A stretch of DNA of 64,000 nucleotides from Octopus vulgaris (taxonomy: Eukaryota), in assembly GCA_951406725.2 (NCBI GenBank), contig OX597837.1, positions 10,044,001 to 10,108,000 of the forward strand, written 5' to 3'. Each line of letters starts with the position of its first letter. Within the stretch, counting starts at the first letter, position 1. A program made the translations under genes and the position numbers. Below are positions 1-12,574 of this stretch, one piece after another. Below the pieces are notes generated by a model. That model made no database searches and was not told the DNA's origin. It saw only the letters and a program-made list of their open reading frames with translations.

Positions 1-59
1 AACTTCTTTCTAAATTACTATTTCGTTTTTCGAGGAAAAACTCTAGTTATTTCTTGCAT

Positions 60-232
60 TACATACCAATGCGTAAATCTAAGGAAAAAATTTTTCAGAG
101 GCCCTTAAAATACTATTATGGATCCCAAATTTACTAATTTGTAGTGTGGCCCACACAAAAAATCTTATATGGATTCTTAGGGCCCGGTTGAAAACCACTG
201 TTGCATATCTAGGGTTTCATAAAATAATGTGT
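60..232. mobile_element. hAT-like MITE end (GTTGAAAACCACTG); inverted relative at 1351-1481
   Basis: Terminus ending at 200 matches the 33085 MITE TIR. 113-232 is the reverse complement of 1351-1481 apart from substitutions and one ~11-nt indel. Left boundary is uncertain. Confidence 0.55.
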
Positions 233-1738
233 ACTTCCTCATCGTAGGACGGATGTGTGCGATGTACAAAGAGATTTACTTGCTATTTTTAGCAGGCCTG
301 GTGAACATGTAGATAAACTACTCTCCGCAAACACCGTACAATTCGCTGCGTTTGCCATTGTAAGATTGTCGCATAGTTCCTAGAGTTGTTGTGCTAACAT
401 ACGCGCGTGTGTATGTGCGTGTATGTTTATGTATGTATGCATACACACACACATACATGCACACACGCACAACACACACACATACACATTCATACACACA
501 TATGCCCACACACATATTCTCTTATTCATTTACATGGTACATCTTACAGCGGCCATGCTGGAGCACCACCTAGAAGGAGTTTTTATTCGAACAAATCGAC
601 CCCAGGACTTATTCTTTGTAAGCCTAGTACTTATTCTATCTATAGGTGGCTGAAGATTGCTCGACATTTTAAAACTGATGTAATACTTACAGTGTTTAAT
701 AAAATGAAGTAGCATGAAACGATCGTACCACATTACCTCGGATATACTTGCTTATTTTGATTGGAATCACCCCATGGATTTATATGGATAATACCATACA
801 AAATTCTGGTGCCTTTGACTTAAGTACCATATTCATCTGAATCTCTCTCTATATATATATACAACAGGCTTCATTCAGTTTCCGTCTATCACATTCACTC
901 ACAAGAATTTGGTCGGCCCTAAGCCATAGTAGAAAACACTTGCCCAGGGTACCTCACAGTGGGACTGAACCCGGAACTATGTGATTGAGAAGCAAGCTTC
1001 TTACCACACAGTCACGCCTATATATATATATGGTTTATCTTTAACCATTCGACCATGATTATTCTACTCATATTCCACCAGATTTGCGTTAAATTACGCA
1101 CCTGATCCGTGTGAGAAATTTATTATCTTTCATCCGCTGAACTTGGCGGTAATTTGAGATAAGCTCTGGCTTCGTGCGTTTAATTATCCTTAATTAGTAA
1201 AACCTGACTGAATTAATTGCTCAGGGATAAGATATCTTGAGCAGGGGTAAGAAATAATTAGCTCTAACATGGAAAAAATTAGTCTCTTTTACTCTCTTAC
1301 TTATTTCAGTCATTTGACTACGGCCGTGCTGGAGCACTGCCTTTAGTCGAACACATTATTTTATGAAACCCTAGATATGCAACGGTGGTTTTTAACCGGG
1401 GTTCATATAGGCCCTAAGAATCCATATAAGATTTTTTGTGGGGTCCATACTACAAATGAGTAAATTGGGGATCCATAATAGGATTTATTCTTTGTAAGCC
1501 TAGTACTTCTTCTACCGGGCCTTTTGTTGAACCGCTAAGTTACGGAGACGGAAGCTCACCAACATCAGCTGTTAAGCGATGGTGGGGGGATTAACACACA
1601 CACGCACACACACATACATACATACATACATACACACACATATAGTGAAGGCGCATGGCTTAGGGGTTAGAGCGTAGAGCTTACGATCGTGAGGTTGCGA
1701 GTTCGATTCCCGGACCGGGCTGTGTCCTGTGTTCTTGG

Positions 1739-2042
1739 GTGGAGGTACATGGCCTAGTGGTTAGAGCAGCGGACTCGCGGTCGAGGGATCGCGGGTTCGA
1801 ATCTCAGACCGGGCGATGTGTGTGTTTATGAGCGAAACACCTAAGCTCCACTCGGCTCCGGCAAAAAGGTAATGGCGAAACTTCCGCTGACTCTTTCGCC
1901 ACAACTTTCTCTCACTCTTTCCTCCTGCATCTTGCAGCTCACCTGCGACGGACTGGCGTCCCATCCAGGTGGGGAACCTATACGCCAAGGAAACCGGGAA
2001 AGCGGCCCTTATGAGCCAGGCATGGCTCCAGAAGGAACAAAC

Positions 2043-2084
<42 letters not shown>

Positions 2085-2393
2085 AGGCACATGGCCTAGT
2101 GGTTAGAGCAGCGGACTCGCGGTCGAGGGATCGCGGGTTCGAATCTCAGACCGGGCGATGTGTGTGTTTATCAGCGAAAACACCTGAGCTCCACACATCT
2201 CCGGCAGAAGGTAATGGCGAACTTCTGCTGACTCTTTCGCCACAACTTTCTCTCACTCTTTCCTCCTGCATCTTGCAGCTCACTTGCGACGGACTGGCGT
2301 CCCATCCAGGTGGGGAACCTATACGCCAAGGGAACCGGGAAAGCGGCCCTTATGAGCCAGGCATGGCTCGAGAGGGAACAAACAACAAAACAA
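1739..2393 (+). mobile_element. tRNA-derived SINE family B dimer (1739-2043 and 2081-2393) nested in a family C head
   Basis: Box A TGGCCTAGTGG, box B GGTTCGAATC, central TGCGACGGACTGGCGTCCCATCCAGG, (CAA)n tail. 12-bp TSD CTGTGTTCTTGG at 1727-38 and 2394-2405. Confidence 0.9.
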
Positions 2394-2581
2394 CTGTGTT
2401 CTTGGCAGTACATTTGCCGCAATATTAGTACGCATGTCCTTATGTTAGTAAACAGCCATTGTCTCAGTGCTCCTTTCATTAAATCAGTACATTTATCATT
2501 GACTTAGTGCACGTGTCCTTGCCGCGGTACACTTGTTACTTTCACTTTAGGAACGTCGCTGAAAAGTTTAAATAATAACAT

Positions 2582-2810
2582 ACTCTTTCCTCTCTTTTAC
2601 TCTTTTACTGGTTTTAGTCATTTGACTGTAGCCATGCTGGAGCACCGCCTTTAGTCGAGCAAATCGACCCCCAGGACTTATTCTTTGTAAGCCTAGTAGT
2701 ACTTATTCTATCGGTCTCTTTTGCCGAACTGCTAAGTGACGGGGACGTAAACACACCAGGATCGGTTGTCAAGCGATGTTGAGGTGACAAACACAGACAC
2801 ACAAACATAT

Positions 2811-2851
<41 letters not shown>

Positions 2852-3016
2852 TATATACGACGGGCTTCTTTCAGTTTCCGTCTACCAAATCCACTCACAA
2901 GGCTTTGGTCGGCCCGAGGCTATAGTAGAAGACACTTGCCCAAGGTACCACGCAGTGGGACTGCACCCGGATCCATGTGGTTGGTGAGCAAGCTACTTAT
3001 AACACAGCCACTCCTG
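2582..3016 (-). mobile_element. tRNA-derived SINE family A, full length
   Basis: Head with box A-like TGGCTGTG.. and box B-like sequence, internal (TA)/(TG) microsatellite, 3' GGCGGTGCTCCAGCATGG..CAGTCAAATGACT + (AGTAAAAG)n. More than 25 full or partial copies in the window; nearby partial ones at about 520-640, 861-1019, 1281-1590 and 5763-5926. Confidence 0.9.
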
Positions 3017-3390
3017 GTTATGTATGCAGACAAAGCAATTTAATTTCTGACTATAAGCATAAGGCATGACATTTTGTGGGGAGGGTATGCTCGATTACGT
3101 CAACCCCAAACTCATCTGGTACATATTTCATCGACCCTAAAAGGACGGAAGGCAAAGTCAACCTCGGCGGAATTTGAAACCCTAAAGACGGACGAATTAC
3201 CGTTAAGCATTTTGTCTGGCGTGCTAACTGTTCTGCCGATTCTTTGTAAATGCACAAAAACCGTTTTAAGGGCTACATACTTTGTATTGTTGTTATTGCA
3301 TTAGCGAAGCAATTATGAGAACGGAACCAATTAAGAGATAAGCCCCACTTTCCCGGTGATTAATGGGTACGTCAGCTAGTATACATATAT

Positions 3391-3495
<105 letters not shown>

Positions 3496-4128
3496 GAGAA
3501 TACAAGTGGAGCTTAAAATAATTTACTACAGCTGTTTCGGTAGCATTTTATTGATGCATTTATAGATCACATCTCAGCATAAAACCACCATCCTCAAAAA
3601 TTTAGTACAAGGTTCAATTCGCTCGGCTAAACGTTTTCAAGTCGGTGTCCCAGCACGGCCGCAGTTTAATGACTGAAACAAGTAAAAATTACAAGACACA
3701 TATATATATTTTTTATATATATATATCACTGGTTTGCATTCATTATCGAGGCTTATAGGATTCGATGCCAGTACAAACTAATCGGTCCAGGCTCCACGTA
3801 TACGGATACTCTAACAACGATTTAGATTGGTTTGTTATATTGGATTTGAGACGAATATTCTAATACTGTGCACCCGACTCTTAGCGTAACACGATATATA
3901 TACGTATACATATTGACGAAAGAAAGATAGAGAGAAGGATGGATGGATGGATGGATGGATAGATAGATAGATAGATAGATAAGTTTATACGTGAAGAGAG
4001 AGAGAGAGAGAAAGAGAAGGGGGAGAGACAGACGGACAGACAATCAGACCGACAGTCAAGCAGAGTTAGATAAAAGAGAAGTGGTTTGAGAAAGTGATAT
4101 AGATATGTAGATAAACAGGTTGGTACTT

Positions 4129-4193
<65 letters not shown>

Positions 4194-4589
4194 ATAGAAC
4201 CATGGATAGGTATTGGGTAGGTAGGATAGATAAGCAGGTAAAGAGACAGGTAATTGCCTACCTCTATCGGTAAATACCTTCTCAAAACCTCAGATCTTCG
4301 CAATAAATGCATCATCATAGATCTGGAATGGTTAGCTGCTTAATTTATTAGCGGCAATTATTCCCAGCTGAGCCGGCGATTTGTGTGTTTGTTTGTGGAA
4401 CCAGTGGGGTGGGTGATTGAGTCATTAGGTATGTAAGGGGTTGAGAAGTTGGTCTATCGTTAATTAAGCACGTGCTTGTAAATGTGGGGAAACGTTTGAC
4501 GCCGAATGAGGGAAGGTTGGGGCGGAAATTATAATTATTAACCTCCACAAAACATTCCTGTGCGTAGCAAAAGAAAAAAAGAAACAGCT

Positions 4590-4629
<40 letters not shown>

Positions 4630-4811
4630 CTTTATTTTCTCCCGACTCACATCGCCATATATGTTTATTTAAGTCGGGTGGATATGTGGGTATTAAGAAG
4701 AGAGTCTCATTTCTTTACGGTTCCCTAATACATTTCAACAAACCAATTAGACCTCCGCCTAGCTGAGACCCTTCGTTAAGAAGATTCCGCTGCCATATTT
4801 CATGATATATA

Positions 4812-5377
4812 TGAGGGTGAGTCAAAATGTAATACCATTTTGTTTAGGACAGGTATAATTACCAACACAGGAACATGTATCATACATCAAAATGAAGCTG
4901 GTCCTCTGTGGATCACATCCCTACTTCCCAACATAGTCACCGTTTCTCCCACTAGCAATGTTCCACCTTCGAATGAGAGCATGTATCCCTGCACCATAAA
5001 ATTCTGTTGACTGTTCTTTGAGCCACTTCTTCACTACAGTTTTCACTTCCTCGTCACCGGACTATCATCGTCGCTGGACTATCATCTCTTCGGCCCCATG
5101 AAAGAGGGTTTGAGGGGCAAACATTATTCCAATGACGAGGAAGTAAAAACTGTTGTGAAGAAGTGGCTCAAAGAGCAGACAACAGAATTTTACGGGCCAG
5201 GGATACATGCTCTCATTCGAAGCTGGAACATTGATATTCAGAGAAACGGTAACTATGTTGAGAAGTAAGGATGTGATCCACAGAGGACCAGCTTCATTTT
5301 GATGTATGATACATGTTCTTGCGTTGGTAATTATACCTGTCCTAAACAAGATGGCATTACTTTTTGACTCACCTTCT
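4812..5377. mobile_element. Foldback non-autonomous mariner: two inverted copies of a mariner 3' end
   Basis: TA at 4810-11 and 5378-79. Arms 4812-5056 and 5133-5377 are reverse complements. The right part translates DYHLFGPMKEGLRGKHYSNDEEVKTVVKKWLKEQTTEFY...IHALIRSW......GNYVEK*, a mariner transposase C-terminus. Confidence 0.9.
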
Positions 5378-5939
5378 TACATTGAAAGTTCCATATCTTC
5401 TGAATTGCACTCTGAGAGAATGGTTCGAACTTACGAAGCGTTCGTCCAGTCTTTTGCTCCAGCTCTCTCATACATGTTCATGAGAGATAAACTTACAAAT
5501 GAGAACATCACACTACTAACACAAAAATAAGATACAATACTGACTTGTAAACCTTTAATATAGCTGTTAGTATGTTATGGTAGGGAAACAAAGCGTGGAG
5601 TCCTTGCTAGCAATTAATGGTTACGCACCAGTTGCCCGGAATGTGTGTAATATATAAATGTGTTTATCCGACCGTGTTACATTGCTAAACTTTAAAATGA
5701 GAACATCGCACAGCTAATACAAAAGATGCTAGGGTGTGTGTGTGTGAGTGCGTGTGTGCATAGGCTCAGGCGTGGCTGTGTGGTAAGTAGTTTGTTTCCC
5801 AACCACATGGTTCTGGGTTCAGTCCCTCTGTGTGACACCTTGGGCAAGTGTCTTCTACTATAGCCTCCGGCTGACCAAAGCCTTGTGAGTAGATTTGGTA
5901 GATGAAGCTGAAAGAAGCCCGTCGTAGCCACTACACACA

Positions 5940-6098
5940 TTTTTCTCTCCTTGGTTTTTTTTTTTCTGTGTCCCTTTCTGTAGAAGAGCGTAGGCTCGAA
6001 ACGTAAAAGACTTTTTCTATTCCTGAGCGTTATACTAATACATCTGTTTGTTTTGTACACCACCTGTCTTCGTCTTTTGTTTTTCGTAAACTCTCCCT
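5940..6098 (+). mobile_element. Penelope-like repeat with variant hammerhead motif (copies at about 24781-24925 -, 48315-48493 +, 55140-55315 +, 56385-56555 -, 61855-62035 +)
   Basis: CTTT-CTGTAGA-A-GAGC-GTAG-GCTC-GAAA-CGT-A-AAAG at 5974-6009; copies mostly sit next to (TA)n or (GATA)n tracts. Confidence 0.6.
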
Positions 6099-6100
6099 AT

Positions 6101-6157
<57 letters not shown>

Positions 6158-6355
6158 AAATAATATGTGACAATAATTCGGTAGCCAAGGTAAAACTCTG
6201 AGTTTCGGATGCCGGGGTGGAAATCCACAACACCATCTCTTCGGTTATCTGGCCATATTATTGTTAATTGTCACATATTATTTTACAGATAAATTCCTCT
6301 ATTTACATAATATTGAGGTCTCTTTCTTTCTTTTGTTATCTTACCGTTTTTACCA

Positions 6356-6404
<49 letters not shown>

Positions 6405-6929
6405 CCTCATGGAGCTTTAGGTGTTTTCACTCAATAAATACACACAATGCCCGGTTTGAGATTCGAACCCGCGATCCCTCGACTGCGAGTCCGCTGCTCT
6501 AACCACTGGGCCATTGTGCCTCCACTGTTGTTGCTGCTGTTGTTTCACACTACTGATTTTTCTGCCACGATTCACTAGTTTCATCCTTTCCTCCCCGCCT
6601 CCTTCATTTTTGTTCGTAGTCCTCCCAATCATATCAAAATGAAGCACAAATTGTCCAAAATATTCCCTGTATTAGGACCCTCGGGATTCCTCCCGTTTTA
6701 GTAGGCGGGTCTGCATTACTAAAAATAGTCTAGGTAATTTGTTTCAGAAAGTCCCACGGGCCGCACTTTACCCATGATTGACCTACTGTATCCTTGCTTT
6801 ATACAAAAAGCAAGGATACAATTTTCCTCAAATTTACTGGGTGTGATTTTTTAAAGCAGATTTAGCTACTAATTCTAGCAGATCTTATCACATCTTAAGT
6901 GTAATTTCATCAGGTTAGTTGGCGCTCAC

Positions 6930-7093
6930 CTATGTTTTCATAAATAAAGCAAAACATCGATAATGGATCGAACCGTAGATGAAACAGCCTATTGTTCTTC
7001 TCATCTGATAATGGAGAACATTTCCTGATTATAACAATGGGGGTTGATACATGAAAAGATGCAATGGTCCTGGGTTTCTAAGCGTTTTATATA
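6930..7093 (-). promoter_or_regulatory. Candidate TATA promoter + first exon of a minus-strand transcript
   Basis: Minus strand TATATAAAA (7093-7085) in unique sequence, pyrimidine-A start candidates 28-33 nt downstream, then a good donor ATAG|gtgagc at 6930/6929. No convincing downstream CDS found. Confidence 0.25.
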
Positions 7094-7149
7094 CTGGTGG
7101 CTAATGAAGAGAGGAGTGTCGGTGGTGCACACAATATTTGTGACGTATT

Positions 7150-7195
<46 letters not shown>

Positions 7196-7452
7196 TGTAT
7201 GCCTGAATGTATTTGTGCATGTATAAGTATATGAATATATATATATAAATGTGTGTGTGTGTGTGTGTATATATATGTGTGTGTATATATATATGTGTAT
7301 ATATATATATATATTTATATATATGTATATATATATATATATATGTATATGCATGTATGTATGTCTGTATATAGGTATGTATGTATACATACCAACCAGA
7401 CTTTTGTGTGTGTACATATATCGATATGTGTGAATGTAGATACATCTGTATT

Positions 7453-7494
<42 letters not shown>

Positions 7495-7904
7495 CATACA
7501 TACATAATATGCTAATATATATTGTTATGATACACACACACGCACACACACAAACATGAACACATATATATTCATATGTATATATATTTGTACACATAAA
7601 TATATGCATGTATACATATATATATATATATAATTTATATATGCATACAAAATTTTGGCTCGGCACCACAGATTTTAGCGGTGGAGTTCACACAGTAGCG
7701 ATGAACTAACTACTGCAGCAGTGGGATTGACTTGTGTGCAGTTTAGTATCAAACACCCCAGGATACATTAAGGGTGACATTTGAAGGGATTTGAATAAGA
7801 AATTTAAAGGAACCATAAATAGGAATCATCAAAATATTTACATCCCTTCTATATGCTAACGTGAATGCACAAATACACACACACACACACACTCAAACAC
7901 AAGA

Positions 7905-8267
7905 TGCTTGTTTCCTAACCACATGGTTCCGGGTTCAGTCCCACTGCGTGGCACCTTGGGCAAGTGTCTTCTACTGCAGCCTCGGGCCGACCAAAGCCTT
8001 GTGAGTGGATTTGGTAGACAGAAACTGAAAGAAGCCCGTCGTATATATGTATATATATGTGTGTGTGTTTGTGTGTCTGTGTTTGTCCCCCTAACATCGC
8101 TTGACAACCGATGCTGGTGTGTTTACGTTCCGTCACTTAGCGGTTCGGCAAAAGAGACCGATAGAATAAGTACAAGGCTTACAAAGAATAAGTCCCGGGG
8201 TCGATTTGCTCGACTAAAGGCTGTGCTCCAGCATGGCTACAGTCAAATGACTGAAACAAGTAAAAGA

Positions 8268-8347
<80 letters not shown>

Positions 8348-8562
8348 ATGCATATATTTGTGTGTGTGTCTGAGTTTGTACCGCCTCCATCGCTTGACAA
8401 CCGATGTTGGTGTGTTTACGTTCCCGTAACTTAGCGGTTCGGCAAAAGGAACCAATAACATAAGTACTAAGCTTACAAAGAATAAGTCCTGTTCGACTAA
8501 AGGTGGTGCTCCAGCATGGTCGCAGTCAAATGATCGAAACAAGTAAAAGAGAATAAAAGAAT
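7905..8562 (+). mobile_element. SINE family A near-full copy (7905-8269) plus a second 3' half (about 8345-8562)
   Basis: Matches the family A consensus. Confidence 0.88.
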
Positions 8563-8889
8563 ATATAAATAAAAAGGGGGTTGTATGATTGTGTATCGAG
8601 GAATATATGTCATTCAAAGAAATTCCAACTCCGTTTTTATATTTTATTTATATTGTTTATAATATAAATATAAATATATATTTATAATATAAATATGTTT
8701 ATAATATAAATATAATGTAGAATATAGAATATATATAGTATAAATAGTATATATAGTAAAATGAAATGAAGTATTGATTGTCTTATTGAATAGATGAAAT
8801 ATTGAATATCAAATATTAAGGGACTAGTATACTTTCATGGATTAAAGCAGTCTTCAAGGTCCCAGGTTGTGACAGGAGTGTTTATATAT

Positions 8890-9345
8890 ATATATTTTCT
8901 CTCTCTTCTTCTCACGTGACCGTCGGTCAACTATTGCCTTTCGACTTCTGAGCAGCGCCACGACAGCATCGATATTTTCGTCTGCCGTAAAGCATTATTT
9001 TTCAAATACGCCAGCTAAGCTAAGTTGAACTGTCTAAAGTCGAAAGACGCCTGTTGTTTTTGTCCTGTTATTATTATTATTATTGTTTTTTGTATTTATA
9101 TTCGTGTGGCATCGTCCGTTTTTCTGTCCTTGTTTCGTATACATTCGATCCTTTTTCCAAGAAATCTAATGCTCGTAGCTTAGTTTTTCCTTGGGGCTGG
9201 CCGGATCGGAGCGATCTCAAGATTAATCAGCCGAAATTGCGAGGATGATCCGGTTCTTGACTGAAGATTAGAGGCTTCGAATGACCCGTTCGTTTTTTGT
9301 GTCGTCTATTTGAATGTTTTGCGTTCTTGTCCCATTTTGTATTTT
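8890..9345 (+). repeat. Unclassified interspersed repeat associated with (TA)n (inverse copies at about 27805-28062, 62105-62415 and 26262-26333)
   Basis: Shared TCTAATGCTCGTAGCTTAGTTTTTCCTTGGGGCTGG...AATCAGCCGAAATTGCGAGGATGATCCGGTTCTTGACTGAAGA block. Confidence 0.7.
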
Positions 9346-9358
9346 TATATATATTTTT

Positions 9359-9464
<106 letters not shown>

Positions 9465-9736
9465 TAAAGTTTTTTTTTAATATAATAAATGAACAAAAGT
9501 CACCAAATCCTCATCCGTTATCGGTCAAAGGGTCAAACGCAATATCGCGCCCTCCATGATAATAATACTCTCCCCTGTGGTGGCGCCGGCAGCACGAAGC
9601 TATATATATACACTACGCCATGTGCTGATTTGTCCTTTTTTAATATACAACTGTAAACATTATATAATTCTCAGGGTGTTTAATTACATTTGCTGCGTGT
9701 TTATAAATAGTGCTGAATATTTAAAACTTCAAAACC

Positions 9737-9769
<33 letters not shown>

Positions 9770-10751
9770 TTATGTGCGTGGGATGTGTGAATGTGTTTGT
9801 ATCTGTGTGTGTATACGGAAGTGTTTGTGTATGTGAATATGTGCTTGTATGCGTGTGTGTGTCTGTTTTCTGTGTGGTGGGTATGTGAATGTGTTTGTAT
9901 CTGTGTGTATACGGAAGTGTTTGGTGTATGCGAATCTGTGCTTGTGTGTGGGGGGGGGGGTGAATGTGTGTGTATGCACGCGCGTGTGCGTGTCTGTTTA
10001 AGTGTGGGGTGTGTAAATTTGTTTGTGTGTGTGTGTGTGTGTTTATGTGAGTAAGGTGTGTGAATGCCTGTCTATGTGTGTGTATATATATATGTGTGTG
10101 TGTTCGTGTTTTTGATGAAAAATCTGTATAATAAAATGTAAGTGTCTGTGTGTGTGTGTGTGTGTGTATGTGTGTGTGATAGGGAGAGAGAAACAGGGAC
10201 AGACAGACAGAGGCAGAGAATTTAGTAAATGCTTTTTACGATTCTGCTATCCAGCTGCCATGTATATACATTTGTATTTATGTGCGTGTGTGTGTATGTG
10301 TGTGTATGCGTGTGTGTGTCTGTGTGTGTGTGTGTGTGTGTGTGTCTGTGTGTCTGTGTGTCTGTCTGTGTGTGTCTGTGTGTGCGTGTGTTTTTGTTTG
10401 CGTTTCTGTGTTTCTGTGTACGTTCAGATTCATTCGCGTATTTCATATACGTGGCAGTCATTTTTCCATATACACACTCATATATATACACACACATGTA
10501 TACATGAGTAGATGAATGTCTATACAGTTTACGTAGCCCCTGGCAAGGAATTAAGCATCCCAACTTATATTCTCCCAGTAAAACACACTGATTTTTTTTT
10601 CTTTTTTGTCATTTTATTTTGTTTTATTTGTATATTTTCATATTTTATTTTTGTACTAATTTTCTTAAACAGTTATTATTTGGCACTGAATAAGGGAATC
10701 TACTACAGCTACTACTACTACTAATAATAATAATAATAATGATGATGATGA

Positions 10752-11415
10752 TAATTCGTTCGTTTATTGGCCACAAGGGCTGACAAAAATCAATTAAAAC
10801 ATAAAGGGACAAAACACAGGACGAAAGTTACAAAGGGTTTTGTCCGTTTGAAAAAAGGTCCGTGTACAAAAGCAGGATAACAACGAAATATAAGTAACAA
10901 TTAAAACTCCCAATAGGGGGAGGCACTTCGAAAGGTTACTCGTGGAAAAACCCATAAAAGCCACGGGAGCCTGGTCAAAAGGCGGGTAGAGAGCCCCTTT
11001 CTCCTTTTATATTTCCTTTTAATTTTTCACAGGTGTATCCTCAGAATTGGTCCATTCATACTGGCCATTCTTGCGACATTTATCCACCTTTCAATAAACT
11101 TGCTACGTGACAGCACTTCCCTCTCTACTCTCATCTTCCTTTTCAAGTGAAACTTGAAAAAGTTGATGAGGCCTTGGCCAAAGAGGAAAGTGTCTGAGCT
11201 TAGCCCTTTCAAACGGGTCCACCATATCACCTCTTTCGCTACAACCACTAGGCAAAGGAAAACTGCTTTGTCCTCCCGGTTAAAGGAGGTCGGCGGGGCA
11301 ATCCTCACTATGGATTCAGCTGATAGCCGGATCCGTCTATACGCGACAGTAGATGTTCGACATAAACCCATAGTTCAGCAATACTCGGGCACTGGACGAG
11401 TGCGTGCAGAACGGT
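10752..11415 (-). mobile_element. 5'-truncated L1/Tx1-like LINE (ORF2 C-terminus + 3' UTR + AATAAA + trinucleotide tail)
   Basis: TVLHALVQCPSIAELWVYVEHLL (H...CP end of a CCHC knuckle), then after a frameshift ...AKEVIWWTR...KFIERW. 3' UTR ends CCTTGTGGCCAATAAA and is shared by several copies in the window. Confidence 0.75.
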
Positions 11416-11429
11416 AATAATAACAATAA

Positions 11430-11506
11430 GCGCCTTCTACTATGGCCTCGGGCTGACCAAAGCCTTGTGAGTGGATTTGGTAGACGGAAACTGAAAGAAG
11501 CCCGTC

Positions 11507-11549
<43 letters not shown>

Positions 11550-11760
11550 GGGACAAGAACCACCACCATCACCACTACAACCATCGGTTGACAACCCATG
11601 TTGCTGAGTTTGCCATGCTGTAAACTAGCGGTTCGGCAAAAGGGAAGAGATAAAATAAACACCTGGTTTACAAAGAATAAGTCCAGGTATCGATTCCTTC
11701 GACTAAGAACAGGTACTGCTCCAGCATGACCGCTGTCAAGTGACTGAAACAAGTAAAAGA

Positions 11761-11762
<2 letters not shown>
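11430..11762 (+). mobile_element. SINE family A, 5'-truncated
   Basis: Matches the family A body and 3' end. Confidence 0.8.
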
Positions 11763-11845
<83 letters not shown>

Positions 11846-12282
11846 CAGTTTCCTCCTTTTTTACTACTTCCGTCTTTTCAGTATGTGACCTCGTGAAGAC
11901 GACCTGCAATTTTTTTTCCTCTGTCCTCCCGTCTCGGGATCTTTCTTTCTTTCTCTTATGTTTCCGACGAAGAGCTCCGCTCGAAACGTCTTTTCCTGAG
12001 CGCCTAATAATAATAATACTGTAATTGTTCCACGTGTTGTTGTTTTTTCTGTTTTCCCGTTTGGATTAACCTTATATATATATATGTATATAAACCCTCC
12101 TTCTTCCCTTCTTTCCTGAGCGTCCAATAATACTTTATTTGTTCCACATCCTTGCGTTGTTGTTTTTTGTTTTCTTGTTTGGATTAACTTTTTATATATA
12201 TATATATATATCAAAAATGGAGGTGCAAATTTCTACTTCCATCTTTTATATATATAAATTTGATTTGTATAGATCTCTAATC

Positions 12283-12335
<53 letters not shown>

Positions 12336-12574
12336 GTGTGTATATATATACATATACATAAATATCCCACATACACATATACGCACATCTATACATACAT
12401 ACAAACATACATACATATATGCATGCGATGAGGATTAAATGATCATGACGACGACGATGAAGAGGAGGAGAAAGAGGAACACGGGGGGGGCGGGGGCGCA
12501 AAGAGCAACCTTGATAAACTTTGACGTAAAAATTCTTTACGCCGCACCTACACCAGCGTATCCGTCAAAATAAC

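Noticed and set aside
318-385. Minus-strand MRQSYNGKRSELYGVCGE, resembling a neuropeptide GKR site
   Set aside because: No signal peptide or linked exon could be established; other frames are equally open.
1741-1815. Functional tRNA genes at SINE heads (also 2083, 60493, 58403, 31486)
   Set aside because: Box A and box B are present but the acceptor and anticodon stems are not intact, and each continues into a SINE body with tail and TSD.
9255-9290. CTGAAGA...GAA hammerhead-like words in the unclassified (TA)-associated repeat
   Set aside because: Stem II and the GAAA/UH elements cannot be formed properly.
9520-9612. GGTCAAAGGGTCA nuclear-receptor-like repeat, GGTGGCGC CTCF-like word and TATATATA
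   Set aside because: Only partial motif matches, expected by chance in 64 kb; no independent support.
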